Shown: piece after piece, positions 1-10,855 of the stretch
How the letters are laid out: each line of letters starts with the position of its first letter
How positions within the stretch are numbered: position 1 is the first letter of the stretch
Assembly (NCBI GenBank): GCA_034780895.1
Contig: JAUZTB010000107.1
Coordinates: 40,584,671 to 40,648,670 of the forward strand
Direction of reading: 5' to 3'
Length of the DNA stretch: 64,000 nucleotides
Source: Rhynchobatus australiae
Taxonomy: Eukaryota
The notes under the pieces: model-generated
The model's input: only the letters and a program-made list of their open reading frames with translations
The model's database searches: none
What the model was told of the DNA's origin: nothing
Made by a program: the position numbers and the translations under genes

Positions 1-460
1 AAGGAGCTGCAGCTGGATGCACCTCGTGCAGATGTAGTTACCAGGGAGACTGGAGGTCTCCCAGAACTCCCACACCTCACAAGCTGAACACACCACTGAT
101 CCTGGAGCCATTCTCACGACTCTGTCCTGGCACTAAAGGGAACACCAAATCAAAGAAAAAAAGGAACTTACCAGACACTTACCTTCGCCTCTTCTCCCCA
201 AAGCCTCTTGAACCAAAGCCTCAGCTCCCCACTCTAACACTAGCCCACTGACACAATAGCCACTCCTAAAATGGCCGCTCCACTGACAGCTGCCTTCCCT
301 TTATTTGCTGCTCTTTGCAAAGGTCCCACTCCAAATCTTGCTCCAACTCCCAACTCTCCTCTTTTGCCTCAGCCTCTTCCCGTTGAAGCTTCTTGAGTCA
401 AAGCCTCTAAATTCCCACTCTAACTCAAGACCACTCCACAGATAGCTGCTCCCCTAGACA
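1..460 (-). mobile_element. CR1-type LINE 5' end (5'UTR plus start of ORF1 zinc finger), continues beyond window start
   Basis: The minus strand from the ATG at 111 reads MAPGSVVCSACEVWEFWETSSLPGNYICTRCIQLQLL. This CxxC...CxxC plus Leu-rich start is typical of CR1 ORF1. Two related UTR monomers lie upstream. Confidence 0.75.
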
Positions 461-549
461 CTAACTTCCATTTATGGTTAAAAACTCCAAGCAAAATGGT
501 GAAAGAAACAAAAAGTCACCGGGTCTGGTAACTCTCTCCTCTCTTCCCG

Positions 550-880
550 CTGTTGGGGAGGATGTTCCAGGATTCCAGCAATCATCCAATGATGAATGGC
601 AATGGATTTCCAAATCAAGATGGTGTGTGACTTGGAGAGGAACCTACAGGTTGTGGTGTTCCCATGCACCCGATGACTTTGTGTTGCTTGATGGTAGAGG
701 TCGCGGACTTTGTGACGTGTTGTTGGAGCTGTCCGGGTGAGTAACCACAGTGCATTTTGTAGTTGGTTCATACTGCAGCCATTATGTGGTGATGGTGGAG
801 GGAATGAATGTTTAGGGTGGTGGCAATGAGGTGTCAATCAAGCAGACTTCTTTGTCCTGGATTACGTTACCTTTCTTGAA
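550..880 (-). mobile_element. CR1/L2-group LINE ORF2 C-terminal fragment, decayed
   Basis: The minus strand gives IQDKEVCLIDTS- and HSFPP-like segments and a WNIL motif. Related 3' pieces occur at 32195-32345 and 47420-47560 (SFIIAGSKSWDYLPNS). Confidence 0.65.
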
Positions 881-1074
881 TGGAAATCAGCTTGATTAAC
901 CAACTTGGACAGCATGGAAGGCTGAAGGGCCTGTTTCTGTGTTATAGGTGTCTATAAGAACAAAAAATTAAGTGAGTTGGAGACAAATTGGAACCAAGGT
1001 TGAGATGGGGTTTAGGGTATTTGATAAAGCTTTCCGATTAGTCCCACTGTCTTGTAATTTCCCTTAGTCCTAAA

Positions 1075-1192
1075 AGCACGATAGTGTAGCAGTTCACACG
1101 ACGTTATTACAGCGCCAGTGATCGGGGTTCGATTCCCGTTGCTGTCTGTAAGGAGTTTGTACGTTCTCCCGTGTCTGCGTGGGTTTCCTCTG
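1075..1192 (+). mobile_element. tRNA-derived V-domain SINE, truncated by gap
   Basis: B box GGTTCGATTCC and V-domain GGAGTTTGTACGTTCTCCCGTGTCTGCGTGGGTTTCC; close to the copy at 3109. Confidence 0.85.
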
Positions 1193-1292
1193 NNNNNNNN
1201 NNNNNNNNNNNNNNNNNNNNNNNNNNNNNNNNNNNNNNNNNNNNNNNNNNNNNNNNNNNNNNNNNNNNNNNNNNNNNNNNNNNNNNNNNNNN

Positions 1293-2050
1293 CTAGCATT
1301 CTCCAGCAAGTGCCTGCGACACCTGAACTCAAGTACAGTGTTTTCAACTGGGAGCTGTTGGGACTATACCTGGCAATCCGGTATTTCAAGTACATTTAGA
1401 GGGCAGGCCATTCACTGCATTCACGGACCACCAACCATTGACCTTTGCGATCACGAAGATGTCCGATCCCTGGTTGGCCCGTCAGCAGCAGCATCTGTCC
1501 TACGTCTCCGAGTACACAATGGACATCCAGCATGTTTTGGGGGAAGGACAATGTGGTGACCGATACACTCTCCAGACCAGCTATCCAGGCCCTGTCCCAG
1601 GGTGTGGATTATGCAGCACTAGCCGAGGCACAAGTGGACCAGGAGTTGCCCAGCTACAGGGCTGCAGGATTTCCTAGTAGGCCCAGGTGGGAGGACCCTC
1701 CTATGTGACATAGCTACCAGCCAATCTCACCCCATCGTCCTGGTAGCCTGGTGGCGGCGAGGTTTCAGCTCCATACACGGTTTGGTGCAGCCATCCATTA
1801 GGACAACCGTCTGGATGATCTCCAGCAGGTTCATGTGGCATGGACTTCACAAGCAGGTCAGTGAATGGGCCAAAACGTGCGTGCAGTGTCAAACAGCTAA
1901 GGTGCAGCAGCACACCAAGGCCCTGCCGCAGCGGTTTGAACCCACCCACTGGAGGTTCGACCACATTCATGTGGATATTGTGGGGCCCCTGCCTGTGTCA
2001 AGAGGAGCGTGGTACCTCCTCATGATGGTAGACCAGTTCACAAGATGGCT
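1293..2050 (+). mobile_element. Gypsy LTR retrotransposon pol fragment (RNase H and integrase), frameshifted
   Basis: RNase H motifs: KYSVFNWELLGLYLAIRYF, then MSDPWLARQQQHLSYVSEYTMDIQHV and GKDNVVTDTLSR. Integrase motifs: WHGLHKQVSEWAKTCVQCQ and FDHIHVDIVGPLP..YLLMMVDQFTRW. Confidence 0.92.
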
Positions 2051-2081
2051 GGGCGGGGTGAGGGGGGAGGAAGTGGTGTTA

Positions 2082-2357
2082 TGTGGCGACCTACCTTCGC
2101 TGCAAGTGAACTGGCTCTGGAAACTGAGCGCGCATCAGCAGCAAGGCCATCTGGGCCACCTCCTCCAACAGCAAGGGGAGAAAGCCTGCGCACGGGAAGA
2201 GTTCAGTGACCTACCATGGGCGTCACTTCCGCCCGGAGAGGGCGGGAAGTTAACAGCTTTAAAAGCTAGCACGGGAAGTAGAAAATAAACCTGTCTCAAG
2301 TTCAACTTTGACTACGTGTCTTTATTCTTAGCTCAGTGTGTAGCACTTCGCTTCTCA
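2082..2357 (+). mobile_element. Probable Gypsy 3' LTR preceded by a polypurine tract
   Basis: G-rich tract at 2051-2073. The LTR starts TGTGGCGA, ends near TCGCTTCTCA (degenerate inverted end), and has AATAAA at 2284-2289. Confidence 0.6.
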
Positions 2358-3108
2358 TGCATACACAATGAAAAACGTATAGATAGATATATGATGTCTG
2401 GCACAGACAGTGGACCCAAGGGTGTATTTCTGTGTCATACAACTTTCTGATCCAACCTTTACCAGTTTTGTTTATCCTTGTAGTCACCATATACTGTAGG
2501 CTGATTTTTGCCTATGATTATTAATGCAAGGATTCCAATATCACTGTAATGTTCATTTTACAATAGTGTATATTTATTATGCACTTTTAGCTTAATAAAA
2601 CATTCTTCACAACAGAAAAAATAAAGCCAAGCAATTAGAAGAAATATTGGACGGATATATCTGACAGGTCGATTGGGAATCACAGCTATAAATGCTTACC
2701 TTCTCTGCAGGTGAGGTCGGAGTTCTCAGGACTCAATGACCTTCTGACCACTCACTTGGACACTAGTGTCACACAGTGTCAAGGAATTTCCTGGCCTTTT
2801 TGCTGGCATGCACCCTCTAATGATCCAGGATCTGAACTGTTGAGCATCAGGAGGCATCTGGCTGTGTGAGACCTGGCACAGGCACATTGAGACTCAGGGT
2901 GGGGTGAAACTACACTGCTGTCCGACAATTCACTGGCATACTTCTGTTCCTTTATCTCTGCTGCATTTTTCCTTTTCACTTTTATCCTTTTAATTGTGTT
3001 ATCGTTTTATTGGCATAAGACCTTTCTCCATTTTTAGTTGTTGGTTTACCCAAACTCCAAGTGCTGGTGCTGCAGTTACTTGGAAACCCACTAATCTCCA
3101 GTAATATT

Positions 3109-3362
3109 GGGGCGGCACGGTAGCGTAGTGGTTAGCACAATGCTATTACAGCACCAGTGACCGGGGTTCGATTCCCACCGCTGCCTGTAAGGAGTTTGTA
3201 CGTTCTCCCGTGTCTGCGTGGGTTTCCTCTGGGTGATCCGGTTTCCTCCCACATTCCAAAGATGTATGGGTAGGTTAATATGGGTTTAAATTGGGCGGTG
3301 CAGACCCATTGGGCCAAAAGGGCCTGTTACCACGCTGTAAATAAAAATTTTAAAAATTTTTT
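3109..3362 (+). mobile_element. Full-length tRNA-derived V-SINE with CR1-type tail
   Basis: A box TAGCGTAGTGG at 3121-3131, B box GGTTCGATTCC at 3165-3175, V-domain, and tail GGGCCAAAAGGGCCTGTTACCACGCTGTAAATAAAA. Confidence 0.9.
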
Positions 3363-6300
3363 TGTGTGGCTAATAGCTAATAACCTTGGGAATATGTTTC
3401 CTGTTATAACATTCCATTGTAGGTCATAGCCTGTTGTGTTTAAAGAAGAACGCTGTTGTAAAAAAAAATCCAACACATTGAAATGCAAGGTATCATTTAG
3501 TATAGATAAGTGGCTCTGAAGTAAAAGATCATCCGTGGTCTTTTTGAATGCTGGGGTAGGTAAAAGAAGCTGAATGCCCTCATCTTGCATCTATTTCTAA
3601 CCTTCTAATGTGACAATTATTAACTTTTATAAGGTTATTTAACAAAGCCATTAGGAATGTGAGCTCGCTATAAGATTGCCCTCTAAGCATCAGAATAACC
3701 ATAAGTTGTTATTATTTGGATTGTCTGAATTTTAAAAAATTGAGTTTAGGAAAGAGCAGCTCAAAAGCAGTAGGTCTTCATTTTTGGCAGGGCAATTTGG
3801 CCAATGGGAGTAATGGATAGGGAAGCCAGCTTTCCTGAACTGCAGCGCTCCTGAATCCCTGACTGTTTATCACAGTGATTGACTAACAAAACACACTGAA
3901 ACATTTCAGTTATTCTCCACAAAATAATTCTGGTCTTCACTCCAGTGAGATGCAATGCTGGCAGCAACTTCATCAATTCAGGGTTAAATTCTTTGCTGAT
4001 GAGCAATTATTACAAAGCTTCCTTTGAAACTCGATACCATTATCTTCATTATTTTTCTCCAATAGGGAATGTCATCCCAGAGCTGTAAGCCTTAGTAAAA
4101 TTGCACAATATGATTTCAGTGCCTAAACACAAAGATCAAATGGACTGGGACTTATTTGAAGGTAAAGAAAAAAAATATTGCATCCCATACCTAACTGAAT
4201 AGGTAGAGCAAACTGTTCCTGTATCATTTAATGATGTGTCTTGATGTTGTACATTACATCTGTCTCAAATCAAAGTGGTGCTTTTCTACATATTCTCTTT
4301 TCATTAGCACAGTTTGGATATCACAATGCTTAATTGTTTTCCTGGTATTTATATGAAACAATGAGTTAAAAATATACACATTGTAGCAGTGTTCATGTAA
4401 GTACCTTAGATATTTAGTCAGCAGAAGCTTATTGAGCTTTCACATTGTGTCTCTTAGGGTAATGGGGCATTGAGAGGCATTATCTCTAGTGAATGGTGCT
4501 GGTGATGAGGATGACAGGACTTGAGTGGTGCTGCAGGTCAGGACTGTTGGTAGTTTTGGAGACTCTCCAGTTCCTGTGCAGAAGCCAATAACTCATAAAA
4601 CCCAGTTTTGGGATTACCTTCCATACTGAACCTTCCTTACATGATTGCATGTTAAAATTATGTTGGTGTCACTGCTGTACACAATACTGAGGCACTGGGG
4701 AACTAACTTGGATAGTTCTGAGGATCATGCATTGTGATTGTTGTGAATGTTTGATCTGGTGCATACAAAATTTGTGTTCTGAACTCTTTATGGTGATTTC
4801 ACTGCTTGGTCAGTATTAGCAAGCATTGGTAGAGATCCATGGAACATGCTACCAGTTAAAGCTTATTAGTACTGATCTACACTATGCCTGCACCTCTTAA
4901 AGGGGAAGTACTATGAGCTCACAGCAGGTAGTGGGAGTCATTCCACAGGTTGTGAGATCTTGCTGGAAGTCACATCTGATCAAGAGCAAGAGTTTGCACC
5001 CTAATTTTCTGCCTGGGCACTTGGAGGAATTGGATGATGATCTGCCAGGGAAGAGAAAGACCTAGGAGCTGGTGCAGTCACAGGAGGAGATTGTTGAACA
5101 AGGCCAGCACCAGCAGTGAAGCCCCAAGGACATGGACACATCCACTTTAAGAGATATAAGCATGTTGTCATTCAGTATTGGCTACCATCACCTGGTCCCA
5201 GCTGCGTATAGAATTTGGTCCTATGGACAAGTGCTTGGGCCAGCATCAGTGTAGTGAACCCCATGAGGTCATATAACAAGCTCAGTACCAGAAGAGAAAC
5301 CGAAAGCTATTGACACAATGCCATAGAAATCTTGACAATCTTAAATGCATGGCCTAGGGCATAAAATACATCACCAAAATTCATCTCCCAGTAACTGCAT
5401 CACAGGACCACACACAGTCCCATATGCAATACACCCTTGTATTTCACCTGACAGTAACTCTTATCAATCAGATTTCCTACTGGCATTCAGATACCCTATC
5501 AATTAACTCGCATACATGCCACAACAACAATCCACTTATACACATCTCACAACCTCCACGAACTGTGAGCGATTCAATTTTAGTGACCGCATTGGCCAGT
5601 AATGTTACATAATATTCACTAGCACATTTCCTCTCATAACTGGAGTCAATAACTAGAAAGTGGTGAGAGACAAGCCTGGGTCCAACACATTCAATGCACT
5701 GCAGCATTGAAGTCATTGCCGAAGTGTGTGTGGCTCATGATGCTGCAAAACCATAGAAGGAGATAGTGTGCTCATCCCTACCACATCTTGTTTTTCCTCC
5801 TCATCCAATAGTGCCTTCAAGCTTCAGAAAGTATAATGTGTACTGATATTGCCCAGTCCCCCTCACAATGATCCTATCTGGTGCCTTTGTGTTCAGCTAG
5901 CCAAGGCATTTTTCCTAGCTAGGTGGTGGTTGAACAGGAAGACAGACTCAATCTGACACTCATCGCCCAGTTCATTGAATGCTGTAGAGGGTAATTTAAG
6001 CTGCAGGATCTGTGTGTGGTGAATCATTGCGTATAGTAGAGGTAAAGGGTAGCTCATGTGCCAGTGCTCCAGAGAGAGTGATTGTACACGTTTTGCAAGA
6101 GAGGAATCAGAGGATGATTTTGTTGTAACAGTCAAAATGAAGGCTGATGGGTTTATACAATAAAATGCTTGGTGCTTTGGCAGGCCTGCTTCAATGAGTA
6201 AAATTTATGGATATCTGGGAGAAATCTGGCTTCTACTTTGCATGTTATTTTGCACTGAGCCAGTCTATACTCTCCAGCATGGAAACAGTGGTCAGCTTCA

Positions 6301-6890
6301 TTTCATACTAACAAACCCAACCTTTCAATGGCATCCAACGGCTGATGNNNNNNNNNNNNNNNNNNNNNNNNNNNNNNNNNNNNNNNNNNNNNNNNNNNNN
6401 NNNNNNNNNNNNNNNNNNNNNNNNNNNNNNNNNNNNNNNNNNNNNNNNNNNNNNNNNNNNNNNNNNNNNNNNNNNNNNNNNNNNNNNNNNNNNNNNNNNN
6501 NNNNNNNNNNNNNNNNNNNNNNNNNNNNNNNNNNNNNNNNNNNNNNNNNNNNNNNNNNNNNNNNNNNNNNNNNNNNNNNNNNNNNNNNNNNNNNNNNNNN
6601 NNNNNNNNNNNNNNNNNNNNNNNNNNNNNNNNNNNNNNNNNNNNNNNNNNNNNNNNNNNNNNNNNNNNNNNNNNNNNNNNNNNNNNNNNNNNNNNNNNNN
6701 NNNNNNNNNNNNNNNNNNNNNNNNNNNNNNNNNNNNNNNNNNNNNNNNNNNNNNNNNNNNNNNNNNNNNNNNNNNNNNNNNNNNNNNNNNNNNNNNNNNN
6801 NNNNNNNNNNNNNNNNNNNNNNNNNNNNNNNNNNNNNNNNNNNNNNNNNNNNNNNNNNNNNNNNNNNNNNNNNNNNNNNNNNNNNNNNNN

Positions 6891-8800
6891 AGACAGAATG
6901 CTCTCCACTGTGCATCTGTAGAAATTTGCAAGAGTCTTTGGTGACATACCAAATCTCCTCAAACCCCCAATGAAGTAGAGTCACTGACGTGCCTTCTTCA
7001 TGATTGCAGCAATGTTTTGGGCCCAAGGTAGATCCCCTGAGATGTTGACACCCAGGAACTTGAAGCTGCTCACCCTTTCCACCGCTGACACCTCAATGAG
7101 CACTGGCATGTGTTCTCCTGACCTCCCCTTCCTGAAATCCACAATCAATTCCTTGGTCTTGCTGACTTTGAGTGTGAGGTTGTTGTTGCGACACCGCTCA
7201 ACCAGCCAAAATATCTCATTCCTGTACACCTCCTTGTCGCCATCTGAGATTCTGCCAACTGTGGTGTCATCAGCGTATTTATAGATGGCGTTTCAGCTGT
7301 GCCTAGCTACACAGTCATGTGTGTAGAGAAAGTAGAGCAGTGGGCTAAGCATGCATCTTTGAGATGTGCCATTATTGATTGTCAGCGAGGAGGAGATGTT
7401 ACTACTGATCCGTACAGACTGTGGTCTCCCGGTAATGAAGTTGAGGATCCCAGTTGCAGAGGGAGGTACAGAGGCCCAGGTTTTGAAGCTTGCTGATTAG
7501 TACTGAGGGGATGATGGTGTTGAATGCCGAGCTGTAATCAATAAACATCAGCCTGACCTCTGTTTTGCTGTTGTTTAGGTGCTCCAAAGCTGAGCGGAGA
7601 GCCAATGAGATTGCGTCTGTTGTAGACCTGTTGTGGCAGTAGACAAATTGCAGTGGGTCCAGCAGTTAATTCTAGCCATGACCAACATCTCAAAGCACTT
7701 CATCACAGTAGATGTGAGTGCTACCAGGTGATAGTCATTGAGGCAGCTCACCCTGCTCTTCTTGGGCACCAGAATGATTGCTGCTCTTTTGAAGTAGGTG
7801 GGAACCTCCGACTGCAGAAGTGAGAGGTTGAAGATGTCCTTGAACACTCCAGCCAGTTGGTCAGCACGGATTTTCAGTATCTGGCAGGTTCACCGTCGGG
7901 GCCTGACGCCTTGTGAAGGTTCACCCTCTTCAAGGATGTTTGGACATTGGCTCCGAGACACAGATCATAAGGTTGTCAGATGATGTGGGGATTCGCACAG
8001 GTCTAGTGTTATTCTCCTTTTCAAAGTGTGCATAAAAGGTTGAGCTTGTTGGGGAGTGAAGCATCACTGACATTTATGCTGTTAGGTTTCGCCTTATAGG
8101 AAACAATGGCATGCAGTCCCTGCCACAGCTGTCTTGTATCTGATTGTGTCTCTAGTTTCACTCAGAATTGCCTTTTCGCTTTCACGATGGCCTTCCATAG
8201 GTTGTACCTGGACTTCTTGTAGGGTTCTGGATCGCCAGTCTTGAATGCCACAGATTTAGCCCTCAGCAGACTGTGAATCTCCTGGTTCATTCAGGGCTTC
8301 TAGTTTGTGTAAACTCTGTATGTTCTCAATGGCTCACACTCATCCACATAGGTCTTGATGAAGTCAGTGACGGCCGTTGGATATTCATTCAGATCTGAAG
8401 ATGAATCCCTGGTCCAGTGCACCGATTCAAAGCTGTCCTGTATATGGTCCTCCACATCCCTTGACGATGCCTTTTGTGGTTTCACACCTGGTGCTGCGGT
8501 CCTCAGTGTCTGCGAATATGCTGGGTGTAGAAGTACAACCAGGCGACAGGACTTGCCAAAGTGCGGGTGTGGGATGGCACAGTGGGAGTTCTTAATGGTG
8601 ATCTAACAGTGATCGAGTACATTGGCTCCTCTGGTACTGCAGGTGATATGTTGGTGGTAGTTGGTCAGAGACTTCTTCAGGCTAGCCTGGTTGAAGTCCC
8701 CCGCGATGATCGGAAAGGCATCAGGGTGCGCTGTCTCGTGACTGTTGATCACGGTGCTCAGCTCCTCCACTTGAGCTTGACGTTTGCCAGGGGTGGAATG
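6891..8800 (-). mobile_element. Rex1/Babar LINE (APE end plus RT), pseudogenised; 3' end lies in the N-run
   Basis: PDAFPIIAGDFNQASLK (APE), [40 protein letters not shown] at about 7262-7280, NNLTLKVSKTKELIVDFRK and FYRCTVESIL. Confidence 0.93.
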
Positions 8801-9394
8801 TGCCAGGCTGCCTTTGTGTCTCTGGATGCCTATATTCAAAGGGACTTTTAAAATGCCATGACTCCCCCAACAAACTATCACAGTGTCAGTGGCTTTAGCT
8901 CTGTGAAGCTAGATTTTGCTGTCTCCTGTGCCCAACACCACAGCTCCACCAGTGGGTTAGCTTGGAAAGGTAATGTAATCCAAGGAGGTTACAGCAAAAG
9001 GAAGGGATGAGACAACTGGAGTTTGAAATCAAGATGGATCATATGATACCAGCCAATGTGTTATGGCTCCATACTTGGACTTCAGTGTTGAAGGATGTAA
9101 GGAAATGAGTGGACTAGTTTCCAATATGCTATTTTCGAGGGCCTATTTAATGCCTGATGGGATTATAACTAGTGTTGAATGCGCAGACTAGAACAGTGGC
9201 CAATGATCAGTTCTACCTGTCCTCCACACTAATTGCTTTATGGGCTGTATCTCAACATTATTCACTCCAGCTCAGCCTGATTACACACTGAGTTGCACTG
9301 CTATATATACCTCAGTGCTTAGGCTTTTGATTCTGCCAGTGTGCAAGATTCAAGCATTATAACCAGATACAAAAGAAAACTGGTCCTTGCAAAA

Positions 9395-9655
9395 CTTCTA
9401 CCTATCACCTCTCAGCTTCTTTTATCATTCCCAGTCTCCCCCCCTCCCTCACCTGCCTATCATCCCCCTCACCTGGATCCACCTATCACCTGCCAGCTCT
9501 TGCTCCACCCTCCCCCCCCACCCTTTTTATACTGGTTATCTCCCTTCTTTCTTTCCAGTGCTGATGGAGGGTCTCGACCCAAAACATCAACTGTCCATAG
9601 CCCTCCACAGTTGCTGCCTGACCTACTGAGTTCCTCCAGCTTTTTGTGTGTTTGG
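9395..9655 (+). mobile_element. Penelope-like element terminal repeat (pLTR) with degenerate hammerhead motif
   Basis: Pyrimidine-rich body, then CAGTG-CTGATGG-AGGGTCTCGACCC-AAAA-CATC-AACTG, then TGCTGCCTGACCTACTGAGTTCCTCCAGC, which is shared with other copies in the window. Confidence 0.65.
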
Positions 9656-10532
9656 TGCTTGCAAATGTTGGCAACAGGGTTGTATGGTGGTCTGATCTGT
9701 TGGCTCTTTAGCAGTACTGTAAGGTCTCTCTGCAATGTTACAATCAGGCACTTTCAAATAGAGAATTTTACTAGACAATGAGTATGTGCATTGTTTATAA
9801 TGACCACTTCTCCCCAAAAAGCATGATAACCAGAAGGAATTTGTCTTCAGATTGACTTGCTCTCACTTCCCTAGTTCAATGAGAACAAGACCCTTACAGC
9901 TCTATAGATCAGAAACCTATTCTCTCACTCATTGTATTCTCTCCAGGTCTTGAGCTGTAAAACATGTTTGAAATATTACTGCACAGACGGAAGGTTAGTT
10001 GGTATCTTTAAACAACATGGAACAACTGGGACAGAATTGCTGATCTCCCACAAAGGGTCCCACTACAGCTGGTGCAAGATTAAGTCACAATGTAAGTACA
10101 TTAATATGGATTCTCCTGAAGTTAGGTATGAATGGCATTGTTGAAGAAACTTTATTCTGTTTCTAATTATGCTATAAATAGCAACGTATCTTAGGATATC
10201 ATGCTTGGATGTAATAAAAGAGAAGATGACAAAAGTTTTGGGAAAATAATTTGTTTCATTTTACCATTGTTTGTTATGAGGAAGCAAATAAACTATTTTT
10301 GACATTTGCTTTAATCTATCTAGAAACCTCAGTTAGACTGGAATTTGCCTTTATATTTACAGTGTACCATCTTGCCAGATGTTACTGCAGTATCTCTTTT
10401 TCAACAGAAATGACACACATGGTGTTATATAATCCAACGGCATTTACTCAGCCTCTGAATTACATAGAACCATGGAATAATGCAGTCGTACAGCATGGAA
10501 AAGGGTCAATCAGCCCAATGAAATGCACTTAC

Positions 10533-10698
10533 CCCCTCTGGGTGCTCTAGTTTCCTCCCCACATTCCAAAGGCGTACGAGTTAGGAAGCTGTGGGCCAGA
10601 AGTGTGGCGACACTTGCAGGCTGACCTCAGAACACCCTATGCAAAAAAAGATGCATTTCACTGTGTGTTTCGATGTGACTAATAAAGATATCATATCA
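10533..10698 (+). mobile_element. V-SINE 3' half with Rex-type tail
   Basis: GGGTGCTCTAGTTTCCTCCCACATTCCAAAG ... ATTTCACTGTGTGTTTCGATGTGACTAATAAAGATATC; matches the copies at 44888 and 58417. Confidence 0.8.
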
Positions 10699-10749
10699 TT
10701 AATCATACACTAGTCCTGTTATTTTTCACTCCATATTTACACCAATCAA

Positions 10750-10855
10750 CACATCAGAGCACCCAGAGGGAACTCACATGGCCACAGGGAATATATGTAA
10801 ACTCTGCACAGATAGCACCAGAGGTCAGGATCAATCTTGTCCTCTGGAACCATTA
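10750..10855 (-). mobile_element. Old V-SINE fragment
   Basis: GAGCACCCAGAGGGAACTCACATGGCCACAGGGAATATATGTAAACTC is the reverse complement of a diverged V-domain. Confidence 0.6.

Noticed and set aside
3109-3185. tRNA gene-like A and B boxes
   Set aside because: They continue into a V-domain and LINE tail and recur many times, so they are SINE heads, not tRNA genes.
4450-6140. Possible Harbinger Myb/SANT-gene remnant
   Set aside because: The composition is suggestive, but no convincing motif could be translated.
6194-7026. Long ORFs of 200-259 aa, and similar X-filled ORFs at 13.0, 14.5, 41.0, 50.1 and 55.9 kb
   Set aside because: They are artefacts of translating through N-runs.
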